This document shows, piece after piece, positions 55,457 through 63,007 of a DNA stretch of 64,000 nt. The DNA comes from an uncultured Acidimicrobiia bacterium (GTDB lineage: Bacteria; Actinomycetota; Acidimicrobiia; Spongiisociales; UBA4744). Made by a program: the position numbers and the translations under genes. The first letter of the stretch is position 1. The number at the start of each line of letters is the position of its first letter. The notes under the pieces were generated by a model that made no database searches, was not told where the DNA came from, and worked only from the letters and a program-made list of their open reading frames with translations. The stretch is from positions 5,318-69,317 of the forward strand of contig CAZWHZ010000002.1 of NCBI GenBank assembly GCA_964633745.1, in the 5' to 3' direction.

Positions 55457-55546
55457 ATGGGTTCCCTCATCAAGAAGCGACGCAAGAAGATGTCCAAGCA
55501 CAAGTACCGCAAGCGTCGCAAGGCCAACCGCCATAAGAAGAAGTAG
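55457..55546 (+). CDS. Ribosomal protein bS22-like (29 aa)
   Basis: MGSLIKKRRKKMSKHKYRKRRKANRHKKK is hidden inside the listed ORF 55328..55546. It matches the MGS.IKKRRK.MSK.KHRK pattern of actinobacterial bS22. A strong hairpin terminator follows. Confidence 0.8.
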   Translation: MGSLIKKRRKKMSKHKYRKRRKANRHKKK

Positions 55547-55561
55547 GACCCGGAGGTCTCG

Positions 55562-55589
55562 GGAGGTCCGGCTTGGCCGGACCTCCTTT
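55562..55589. terminator. Bidirectional hairpin terminator between bS22 and the DUF5362-like gene
   Basis: GGAGGTCCGGC-TTG-GCCGGACCTCC (11-bp stem) followed by TTT. Lies between convergent genes. Confidence 0.7.
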
Positions 55590-55597
55590 GCGTTGTG

Positions 55598-56008
55598 CTA
55601 CTCGAAGGTGGCCCCGTTGCGGAAGGCGGAAACGAGGGCGGCTCCGAAGAACAGGATCCCGATGACCGCCAGAATGATACCGATCAGTGAGACGATGCCG
55701 GTGATCAGGAAGTAGGTCTTCAGCTTGTCTTGTGACTTCAGGAAGCTGGCAGCGTCGCCGGTCTCGTGTGCCGACTCAACGGCGTTGCCCGATTGCCACA
55801 GGAGGACGCCGAGCCAGATCGGAAGCCATGCGAAGACGATTCCCACGATCGAAATGGCGGCCAGTGCGCCGCTCACGATCGAGACCACTCCGAGAAGCTT
55901 TATCCAGGTCTTCGACTCGTACAGCGGACGCGCCGCCTGGCCTACGGATATCGAGTCGGTCGGCGCGCTCGGTGGCGGGCCAAATCCTTCCGGATAGCTC
56001 ATGATCAC
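55598..56008 (-). CDS. Hypothetical membrane protein (DUF5362-like)
   Basis: Pro-rich N-terminus and three TM helices. Its start overlaps the copA stop (4 nt). Confidence 0.55.
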   Translation of the reverse strand: MIMSYPEGFGPPPSAPTDSISVGQAARPLYESKTWIKLLGVVSIVSGALAAISIVGIVFAWLPIWLGVLLWQSGNAVESAHETGDAASFLKSQDKLKTYFLITGIVSLIGIILAVIGILFFGAALVSAFRNGATFE

Positions 56009-58191
56009 TCCCTCTCTCGCGCCGACACGCCCATTACCTGGAAGTTCCGCAGTCGTAACGAGTTGGTGACCACCGACACGCTGGACGTGGCCATGGCCGC
56101 TGCGGCGAGCATCGGGCTGATGATCCCGAGCGCGGCGAGAGGAATCATCGCCGCGTTGTAGGCGAACGCCCAGAACAGGTTCTGCTTGATCGTTCGGAAC
56201 GTTGCCCTTGCGAGTTTCAACGCAACAGTCACGAGAGCAGGGTCGCCGGACATCAAGATCACGTCTCCGGCCTCGATCGCTACGTCCGTCCCCGTACCGA
56301 TCGCGATTCCCAAGTCTGCCTGCGTCAGAGCGGGAGCATCATTGATGCCATCACCGACGAACGCGACCACCGTACCGTCTCCTTGAAACCGTCGAACCTG
56401 CTGGGCCTTCTCACCGGGAAGCACGTTCGCAACGACATCGTCGATGTTGAGAACAGACGCGATGGCCTTGGCGGTCTCCTCGTTGTCTCCGGTGATCATG
56501 CCGACGCGGACCCCCATTGCCACGAGGTCAGAAACTGCACCGATGGCGTGGCTGCGGAGCGTGTCGGCAACGGCGATCACGCCCTGCGCCCGACCGTCCC
56601 AGCCGACCAGGAACGCCGTCTTGCCAGACTGCTCGAACCGCGATGCAGCGTCCGCGCACTCGGGTGGGATGATGAGGCCGGCACGCTCGAAGAGGGTTGC
56701 TCGGCCAACATACACCTCCCGGCCGTCAACCACCCCATGGACACCTGATCCGGAGAGACTCTCGAACGACGTGGGACGGACAACGTCGAGATCCCGCGTC
56801 TCCGCGGCGAGCACCACCGCGCGCCCGATCGGGTGCTCCGATGACGATTCGACGGACCCGGCAAGCTGAAGAAGCATCGACTCGTCCCCGACCGCCGCTA
56901 CATCGGTGACCTGCATGAGGCCGTTTGTCAGGGTGCCGGTCTTGTCGAAGAGAACCATTCCAACTGCTCGTGATCGCTCGAACAGCTCGGCGCCCTTGAA
57001 AACCACCCCGAGGCGGGCTCCCCGTCCGCTCCCGACCATGATCGCGGTCGGCGTAGCAAGGCCAAGCGCACAAGGGCATGCGACCACGAGTACCGCGACA
57101 CCGGTGGTCAGCGCGCGGGCGAGGTCTCCGCTCGACACGAAGTACCACACGACGGACGTCAGCACAGCGATACCGATCACGATCGGGACGAAGATGCCCG
57201 CGACCCTGTCGGCGAGTTTCTGCACCGGTGCCTTCGTCGCCTGTGCCTCCTCGACCAGGTGCACGATCTGCGCGAGCGCAGTCTCGTTGCCGATTCGGGT
57301 TGTCCTGATGAGGAGGTTGCCCTGCTGGTTGATCGTTGCCCCGAACACACCGTCGCCGGCGCCCTTGTCGACCGGCACGGACTCGCCAGTCAGCATGCTC
57401 TCGTCCAGGGAGGAGGATCCTTCGATGATCGTCCCATCGGTCGGGACCTTCTCTCCGGGGCGAACGATCATCAGATCTCCCCGGCGCAGCTCCGCTATCG
57501 GGAGCATCACCTCTGCACCGTCCCGCTGGACCCTTGCCTCTTTCGCTCCGAGCTCCATGAGCGTGCTGATCGCCTGAGAAGCGCGACCCTTCGCTCTGGC
57601 CTCGAAGAACCTGCCGAGGAGGATGAACGTGACGATTGCCCCCGCCGTGTCGAAGAACAGCGGCTTGCCGTCGAAGAACGCCCAGACCGAGTAGCCGTAC
57701 GCGGCGAGGGTGCCCACCGAAACGAGCGTGTCCATGGTCGCGTCGAACGAGCGGAGCCGTTTGAAGGTGATGCGGTGGAACTGGAAACCGAACAGGAACT
57801 CGACGGGGGTGACGAGGATCCACTGAAGCACCCTGGACGTGTTGCCCTTCGCCGCCATCGCGAGAATCACGACGGGAATCGTGAACAATGCCGCACCGAT
57901 GAAGTTGCGGAGTTGGGTCCGTTCCTCCTCGTTGAAGCGTTCGGTGACGTCGATGCGTTCTTGGTCGGGCAGGACCTCGTGCATGTCGTAGCCGATCTTC
58001 CGCACGGCGTCGATCAGGTGGTCCACGTCGATCTCCGGTGCAGCGACGACGCGCGCCTCCGAGCCGGCGAAATTGACGATTGCCTGGTCGACTCCGTCCT
58101 GCTTCGAGAGGATGCGTTCGATGCGGATCGCGCACGACGCGCAGGTCATCCCCTCGACGTCGAACGTTCGGTCGAGTGTGTCAGTGTCCAT
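56005..58191 (-). CDS. copA: Copper-translocating P1B-type ATPase
   Basis: N-terminal GMTCASC metal-binding domain, TGES, CPC ([11 protein letters not shown]), DKTGTLT and GDGINDAP. Start at ATG 58191 (or 58200), overlapping the copZ stop. Confidence 0.95.
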   Translation of the reverse strand: MDTDTLDRTFDVEGMTCASCAIRIERILSKQDGVDQAIVNFAGSEARVVAAPEIDVDHLIDAVRKIGYDMHEVLPDQERIDVTERFNEEERTQLRNFIGAALFTIPVVILAMAAKGNTSRVLQWILVTPVEFLFGFQFHRITFKRLRSFDATMDTLVSVGTLAAYGYSVWAFFDGKPLFFDTAGAIVTFILLGRFFEARAKGRASQAISTLMELGAKEARVQRDGAEVMLPIAELRRGDLMIVRPGEKVPTDGTIIEGSSSLDESMLTGESVPVDKGAGDGVFGATINQQGNLLIRTTRIGNETALAQIVHLVEEAQATKAPVQKLADRVAGIFVPIVIGIAVLTSVVWYFVSSGDLARALTTGVAVLVVACPCALGLATPTAIMVGSGRGARLGVVFKGAELFERSRAVGMVLFDKTGTLTNGLMQVTDVAAVGDESMLLQLAGSVESSSEHPIGRAVVLAAETRDLDVVRPTSFESLSGSGVHGVVDGREVYVGRATLFERAGLIIPPECADAASRFEQSGKTAFLVGWDGRAQGVIAVADTLRSHAIGAVSDLVAMGVRVGMITGDNEETAKAIASVLNIDDVVANVLPGEKAQQVRRFQGDGTVVAFVGDGINDAPALTQADLGIAIGTGTDVAIEAGDVILMSGDPALVTVALKLARATFRTIKQNLFWAFAYNAAMIPLAALGIISPMLAAAAMATSSVSVVTNSLRLRNFQVMGVSARERE

Positions 58192-58393
58192 CGACCTCAT
58201 AGCCCTGGTCCTCGATCGCGTCCACAATCGCAGCCAGTTCGAGTGACGCGTCGTCCCAGGTGACGTCGACGGTCTTTGCTTCAATATGAACTTCCACGGA
58301 GTCGACACCTTCGAGCGGCCGAACCGCGCCTTCGATGGACATCTTGCAGTGAGCGCAGGAGATGTCGGGAATGGAGAGGGTCATGGTGCTCAT
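58181..58393 (-). CDS. copZ: Copper chaperone CopZ (HMA domain)
   Basis: [22 protein letters not shown] (CxxC). ATGA overlap with the csoR stop. Confidence 0.9.
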   Translation of the reverse strand: MSTMTLSIPDISCAHCKMSIEGAVRPLEGVDSVEVHIEAKTVDVTWDDASLELAAIVDAIEDQGYEVDGH

Positions 58394-58695
58394 TCGACCT
58401 CCAAGTCGATCCTTGGCGCCGGTCCCGTGACCGCCGCCGTGTACTTCATCGTTTCCATCAGCTCGTCGACGATCTCTGCCGCCCGGTTGTCGTGGATGGC
58501 TTCGGCGACGCACGTTTCGAGGTGGTTCTGCAGCACGATCCTGTTCACCCGTTCGAGGGAGGCCTGCAGTGCCGATACCTGCTTCATCACGTCAGGGCAG
58601 TATCGGTCGGCCTCGACCATGGAGATCACTCCATCGAGATGGCCTCGAATCGTCTTGAGGCGGATCAGTGCGCGTTGTTTGTGCTCATCCTTCAT
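58390..58695 (-). CDS. csoR: Copper-sensing transcriptional repressor CsoR
   Basis: RLKTIRGHLDGV..YCPDV...NHLETC, carrying the C-H-C copper ligands. Confidence 0.9.
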   Translation of the reverse strand: MKDEHKQRALIRLKTIRGHLDGVISMVEADRYCPDVMKQVSALQASLERVNRIVLQNHLETCVAEAIHDNRAAEIVDELMETMKYTAAVTGPAPRIDLEVE

Positions 58696-58710
58696 GAGGT
58701 TCTACAGCTT

Positions 58711-58729
58711 ACCCCACCCGGGGTGGGGT
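58711..58729. promoter_or_regulatory. Probable CsoR operator
   Basis: ACCCCAC-CCGGG-GTGGGGT, a G/C-tract inverted repeat 16 nt upstream of the csoR ATG. Resembles the known CsoR box style (TACCC-N-GGGTA). Confidence 0.65.
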
Positions 58730-58833
58730 GGGGAAAACGACCATGAGTGAGGCCCCGGAGGAGGGGACTTCCGGGGCCTCGAACCGGCGCCTGGGTGGAG
58801 GGGGGAACTGGGGCGCCGAGATGTGGTCTTGTC

Positions 58834-59028
58834 TCACGTGCCTTCGGGGACGACCCTGCCGCGCACACGAGGAAAACGAACTGGAGCGTGGGTGTAGCAG
58901 TACTCACGCCGGTTGTACATCGAGAGACGGGTGTCGCAACCCTTCTCGGCACACACTCTGTCTTCACCGTACTTGCGGGACGGCCGTAGACCGCCTTTGA
59001 GTCGTGCGCCTTTCAGTGTGTCAGCCAT
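58834..59028 (-). CDS. Small basic protein with a putative zinc-ribbon (64 aa)
   Basis: ORF with CAEKGC...YCYTH (C-x4-C ... C-x2-H). Lies upstream of and co-oriented with csoR. Family not recognised. Confidence 0.45.
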   Translation of the reverse strand: MADTLKGARLKGGLRPSRKYGEDRVCAEKGCDTRLSMYNRREYCYTHAPVRFPRVRGRVVPEGT

Positions 59029-59218
59029 GTTGCCCTCTGTCTCGTGGGAGGAGTGCCGGATACGCTACCCGACCCTCTTTGGGATTGCACCTATATCGAC
59101 GTTCTGAATGGTGTTTTTATTCCGCGATCACGATTCTGTCAAGCAAAGTGTGCGCGATGAAGGTGAACAGGGCGTGAACGCCCCCTAAAGAAATCGTGAG
59201 AATTGGCGGGCTCCGCCC

Positions 59219-59250
59219 GCAGTCTTCAGTCTTCAGTCCTCAGTAGGGAG
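59219..59250 (+). repeat. Type-1 heptad array with no upstream plus-strand gene
   Basis: GCAGTCT TCAGTCT TCAGTCC TCAGTAG GGAGC, preceded by the small hairpin GGCGG-GCT-CCGCC. Confidence 0.85.
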
Positions 59251-59341
59251 CACGACCTGGAGCAACGCGAGATTGAGGGGCGTTCCTCTTCGGATAGCTG
59301 ACAGCCGAGAACTCACGACCAGCTCACGAAGCGAGCCTCCC

Positions 59342-59376
59342 ACCGAAAACCGAGAACCGAAAACCGAGAACCCCCG
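59342..59376 (-). repeat. Inverted CGGTT-subtype array ending 20 nt upstream of the SDR start
   Basis: Plus strand ACCGAAA ACCGAGA ACCGAAA ACCGAGA ACCCCCG. This is a perfect 14-nt unit repeated twice. Confidence 0.85.
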
Positions 59377-59395
59377 AGCCGCTACCGTGCGGCCC

Positions 59396-60163
59396 ATGGA
59401 AACAGGGCTTCGAGGGCATGGTGTGCTGGTGACCGGTGGTGCCGGGGGCATCGGAACGGCGGTCGTGAGAGCGTTTGCGGATGAGGGAGCGAGGGTGGCG
59501 ATTCACTACCTGTCCTCCGAGATGCCGGCGAGGCAACTCGCCGATGAGGTGAGCGGAGTCGCGCTACGGGCCGATCTGACGGTCGAGGAAGAAGCCGACG
59601 GGCTGATCCCGGAGGCAGCGCGGGAGTTGGGCCGACTCGACGTGTGCGTCGCCAACGCGGGGGCATGGCCGTCAGAGGATCTGCCAATGTGGGATCTTCC
59701 GCTCGATCGATGGAACCGGACGCTCGGCGCGAACCTCACTGCGACGTTTCTCACGATGCGAGGGTTCCTCCGTCATGCGGCAACAACGGGGTCGGGGAGT
59801 CTCGTCCTGGTCGGATCAACGGCAGGGGTGTTCGGTGAGGCCGGACATGCCGACTACGCAGCGGCGAAGGGCGGGATCCTCACGGGGCTGTTGCTGAGTG
59901 CCAAGAACGAGGCGGCGAGGATCGGCGTCAGGGTCAACGCCGTCGCTCCAGGATGGACGGTGACGCCGATGACAACCGACGCCAGGAAGGATCCGTCGCT
60001 GGAACGGCGCGTCACCGCCACGATGGCGTTGAAGAAGCTCGGGAGTCCTGAGGATGTCGCACGACAGATCGTGACGCTCTCCTCGGATCGCCTGTCCGGT
60101 CACGTGACGGGCCAGGTGGTGGTGGTTGCCGGCGGCATGGAGGGGCGCCTCCTTCAGGAGTGA
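59396..60163 (+). CDS. Short-chain dehydrogenase/reductase (SDR)
   Basis: TGGAGGIG cofactor motif, NAG, and YAAAK catalytic Tyr/Lys. ATG 59396 lies inside the listed ORF 59273..60163. Confidence 0.85.
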   Translation: METGLRGHGVLVTGGAGGIGTAVVRAFADEGARVAIHYLSSEMPARQLADEVSGVALRADLTVEEEADGLIPEAARELGRLDVCVANAGAWPSEDLPMWDLPLDRWNRTLGANLTATFLTMRGFLRHAATTGSGSLVLVGSTAGVFGEAGHADYAAAKGGILTGLLLSAKNEAARIGVRVNAVAPGWTVTPMTTDARKDPSLERRVTATMALKKLGSPEDVARQIVTLSSDRLSGHVTGQVVVVAGGMEGRLLQE

Positions 60164-61629
60164 TAGACCTCCTGTCCGGCAACCCACGTGGACATCACGC
60201 GCGTACCGCGAAGCGACTCTGGTGATGCGATCACAGGGTCACGATCGACAACGGCGAAATCGGCAGGCGAGCCGGCCGAGAGGGGCGACGGCTCGCCGAG
60301 GGACTCGGCCGCGTTCGAGGTGAACAGGGCGAAGGCCTGCTCGGCCGAAAGCGACTCAGGTTGAACGTCCGCCCGGTCGCGCGCCGCTGCCATGCCTGCG
60401 AATGGGTCGGGGGATTCCACCGGGGCATCGGAGCCACCACACATCGGGATGCCGGCAGCGTGCATCGTCGCGAATCGATAGGTGTGTGCGGCCCGAGCGG
60501 GTCCGAGCCTCCACGGGAGCCATGGGCTATCGGAAGGCACGAAGGAGGGCTGCACACAGGCCGTGACGCCGAGGTCGGCCATTCGGCGGACCTGGTTGTC
60601 ATGAGTGAGCGATGCGTGCTCGACGCGAAGGAGGTGTGGGGGCGCCCCCTTCTCAATGAGTGCCTCGAAGCAGTCCAGCACTTCGTCGACTGCGAGATCT
60701 CCAATGGCGTGCACGGCGACCAGCCCGCCGGCGTCCAATGCCACTCGGGCTCGGGACATGACATCGGCACGGTTCAAGCGAAGCAGGCCCGCAGTAGTGG
60801 GATCGTCGCTGTATGGCTCTCGGAGCGCCGCCGTCCTTCCGCCAAGGCTGCCGTCTGCGAATGCCTTGACACCTCCGAATGTCAAGAGGGGGTAGTCGAG
60901 CGCTCGGATCGTGGGCCGATCGAGTGCCTCGACAATGGCGTGGACTCGGAGAGGAAGGATTTCCGCGAGATCGATGAGTGGCTCGATTTGTTCCGACCAG
61001 ACCGACGTGATCACGGCACCAATCGACGTGATCCCCAGCCGGACGAGGCCGTGAAGCGTTGCGAGGAGCTGCTGAGGTGTCACCGGGGTCGTCTCGAGTC
61101 GGGAAGCAACCAGCGAGACGGCAGTCTCTCGCAGAATGCCAGTGGGGACACCGTCGGGGTCTCGGTCCAGGGCGCCCCCCACAGGATCGGGAGTGGCCGG
61201 GCCCACTCCTGCCGTGTCGAGCGCGGCGGTGTTGGCGATGGCGATGTGCCCACAGACCCGGTACAGCAGGACAGGCCACTCGATGGCGTCGAGATCGTGC
61301 CGAGTCGGAAGTCGACCTTCGGATAGGGCGTGTTCGTCGAGGCCACCTCCGACGACGGATCTTTCGCTCTGAGCGATCATTCCCAGGAGTTCGCCGATGT
61401 TCGTGGCACGACTGAGATCCAACCCTGAAGTCAGGCCCATGGGGTGGAGGTGCGCGTCACGAAGTCCCGGGATGACAACCGCGCCGGGGAAGTGGACTTC
61501 CGGCGTCCCGTGTGATCGAAGGGTGCCGGCGTCGTCAACCGCAATCACATGTTCACCGTCGATGAGCAGTCCGGTGGCTGAGGATTCCGACGGTGTACGA
61601 ATCGAGTCGGCGACGATCAGTCGTCTCAA
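60154..61629 (-). CDS. Metal-dependent amidohydrolase (Amidohydro_3-like)
   Basis: PGLRDAHLHP metal motif near the N-terminus, with later AVHAIGD and GSDAPV motifs. Start guessed at TTG 61629 (TTGA overlap with the nitroreductase stop). Its 3' end overlaps the convergent SDR by 10 nt. Confidence 0.75.
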   Translation of the reverse strand: MRRLIVADSIRTPSESSATGLLIDGEHVIAVDDAGTLRSHGTPEVHFPGAVVIPGLRDAHLHPMGLTSGLDLSRATNIGELLGMIAQSERSVVGGGLDEHALSEGRLPTRHDLDAIEWPVLLYRVCGHIAIANTAALDTAGVGPATPDPVGGALDRDPDGVPTGILRETAVSLVASRLETTPVTPQQLLATLHGLVRLGITSIGAVITSVWSEQIEPLIDLAEILPLRVHAIVEALDRPTIRALDYPLLTFGGVKAFADGSLGGRTAALREPYSDDPTTAGLLRLNRADVMSRARVALDAGGLVAVHAIGDLAVDEVLDCFEALIEKGAPPHLLRVEHASLTHDNQVRRMADLGVTACVQPSFVPSDSPWLPWRLGPARAAHTYRFATMHAAGIPMCGGSDAPVESPDPFAGMAAARDRADVQPESLSAEQAFALFTSNAAESLGEPSPLSAGSPADFAVVDRDPVIASPESLRGTRVMSTWVAGQEVYHS

Positions 61630-62132
61630 CCGGGAAACTCCCAGATGAGCTCGTCGAGGGGCTTGCGCCCTCCGTACGGGCGCTGCGTGCGAGCTGCTTC
61701 CTCCGCTTCGACGTCTGGGTAGCCGAACGCGATCGCATAGCGACACGTGTGACCATCCGGGAGGCGAAGCGTTTGGCGTGCGCACTCGCTGTCGTGGAGC
61801 GTGACGGGGCACGAACCGATCCCGAGTGCCGATGCGGCGAGCATCATGTTCTGGGCAACGCGACCGATGTCGAATTCATAGCCGTCCGGAAGTCGCACGA
61901 GCGCAACCCCGAGTGTGGCTTTTCGCATCGGCAGGGTGAAGGACCCACACGTGGCGAGCGCCGCTCTCGATGCTGGATCACGGAGCGGGATGAACGCCCA
62001 GCGCTGGGTGTTCTTTGAGCTGCCTGTCCATCGCCCGGCCTCGAGGATACGAGTGACGTCCTCGTCGAGAAGGGGCTCTGGTGTGAAGTTTCGGGTGACG
62101 CGCAGGCCTTTGATGAGTTCGTAGGGTTCCAT
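61626..62132 (-). CDS. Nitroreductase family protein
   Basis: Typical N-terminus (RVTRNFTPEPLLDEDVTRILEAGRWTGSSKNTQRW) and AAQNMMLAA-like segment. Confidence 0.8.
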   Translation of the reverse strand: MEPYELIKGLRVTRNFTPEPLLDEDVTRILEAGRWTGSSKNTQRWAFIPLRDPASRAALATCGSFTLPMRKATLGVALVRLPDGYEFDIGRVAQNMMLAASALGIGSCPVTLHDSECARQTLRLPDGHTCRYAIAFGYPDVEAEEAARTQRPYGGRKPLDELIWEFPG

Positions 62133-62139
62133 AGGCCTC

Positions 62140-62907
62140 TCAGATCATAGAAGGGGCTACAAGGGTGCGGAATGCCTCGTGAGCGACGCCGTTTGACACG
62201 ACGAAGTCCGAGTCGAAAGGCGTAGCCGGCGATCCATCCGGGCACGAGACGACCCCCCCTGCCTCCCGAACCAGCAGGATGCCGGCGGCGACATCCCATG
62301 GGCACAGCTCGACTTCCCAGTACACGTCGAAGCGACCGGCGGCCACCCACGCGAGATCGAGCGACGCGGTGCCCATCCTTCGAAGTCCTTGAACTCGAGA
62401 TAGAACATTGCCGACGGTCGCACCAAGTGCTCCGGCCCGTTCACGACGATCGTACGGAAACCCGGTAGCGGAGAGGGACGAATCCAGATCCAAGCTCGAA
62501 ACTCGGAGCTGTCGACCGGCGAGCCATGCTCCAAAGCCAGCGACCGCGAGGAACTCTTCCTCACGAAACACATCGATCACGACACCGACCAGAGGATTGC
62601 TGTCTTCGTACAGGGCGATCGACACGCCAACATGGGGTATCCCGTGGACGAAGTTGACGGTTCCGTCGAGGGGATCGACCAGCCACAAGCGTCCGTCGGT
62701 TCTTGCGCCACCGGCCTGCTCTTCCGCCAGGATGGCGTCATCGGGGCGGTGCTCCGACAAGACGGCAAGGATCTGTTCCTGAGACGCCGTGTCGATGTCT
62801 GTGACCGGGTTCACCGACCCTTTGAAGGACACGGTCTGCAGAGGCAACGAACGGACGACTTGGGCCCCCCGGCGCGCTGCCTCACGTGCGAGATCCAGAT
62901 CGTTCAC
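62140..62907 (-). CDS. Inositol monophosphatase family protein (SuhB/ImpA/HisN-like)
   Basis: WLVDPLDGTVNF and WDVAAG motifs. GTG 62907 is chosen inside the listed ORF 62140..63117. Confidence 0.85.
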   Translation of the reverse strand: MNDLDLAREAARRGAQVVRSLPLQTVSFKGSVNPVTDIDTASQEQILAVLSEHRPDDAILAEEQAGGARTDGRLWLVDPLDGTVNFVHGIPHVGVSIALYEDSNPLVGVVIDVFREEEFLAVAGFGAWLAGRQLRVSSLDLDSSLSATGFPYDRRERAGALGATVGNVLSRVQGLRRMGTASLDLAWVAAGRFDVYWEVELCPWDVAAGILLVREAGGVVSCPDGSPATPFDSDFVVSNGVAHEAFRTLVAPSMI

Positions 62908-63007
62908 GTTGGATGACTCTAGGTCATCTTCTACAAAGGGAGGAGGCCACCCGTAGGGTGACCTCCTCGGCCGGCCCGGAGACGAGTCTCCGCCAGGGAC
63001 GGCCGGC

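Noticed and set aside
56726-58135. 469-aa minus-strand ORF inside copA
   Set aside because: It is an alternative frame of the P-type ATPase gene. The copA frame carries all the canonical motifs and this frame is Arg/Gly/Pro-rich.
58276-58750. Plus-strand ORFs of about 155 aa opposite csoR/copZ
   Set aside because: They are antisense to three well-supported copper genes and carry no motifs.
59148-59188. Tiny ORFs (6-12 codons) upstream of the orphan heptad array as the gene it would follow
   Set aside because: They are too short, have no RBS and have no support beyond their position.
3791-59376. Heptad arrays as CRISPR arrays or as coding repeats
   Set aside because: The units are 7 nt and directly abutting, with no spacers, and no cas genes are present. 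All arrays lie outside supported ORFs and are too short (3-7 units) to encode repeat proteins.
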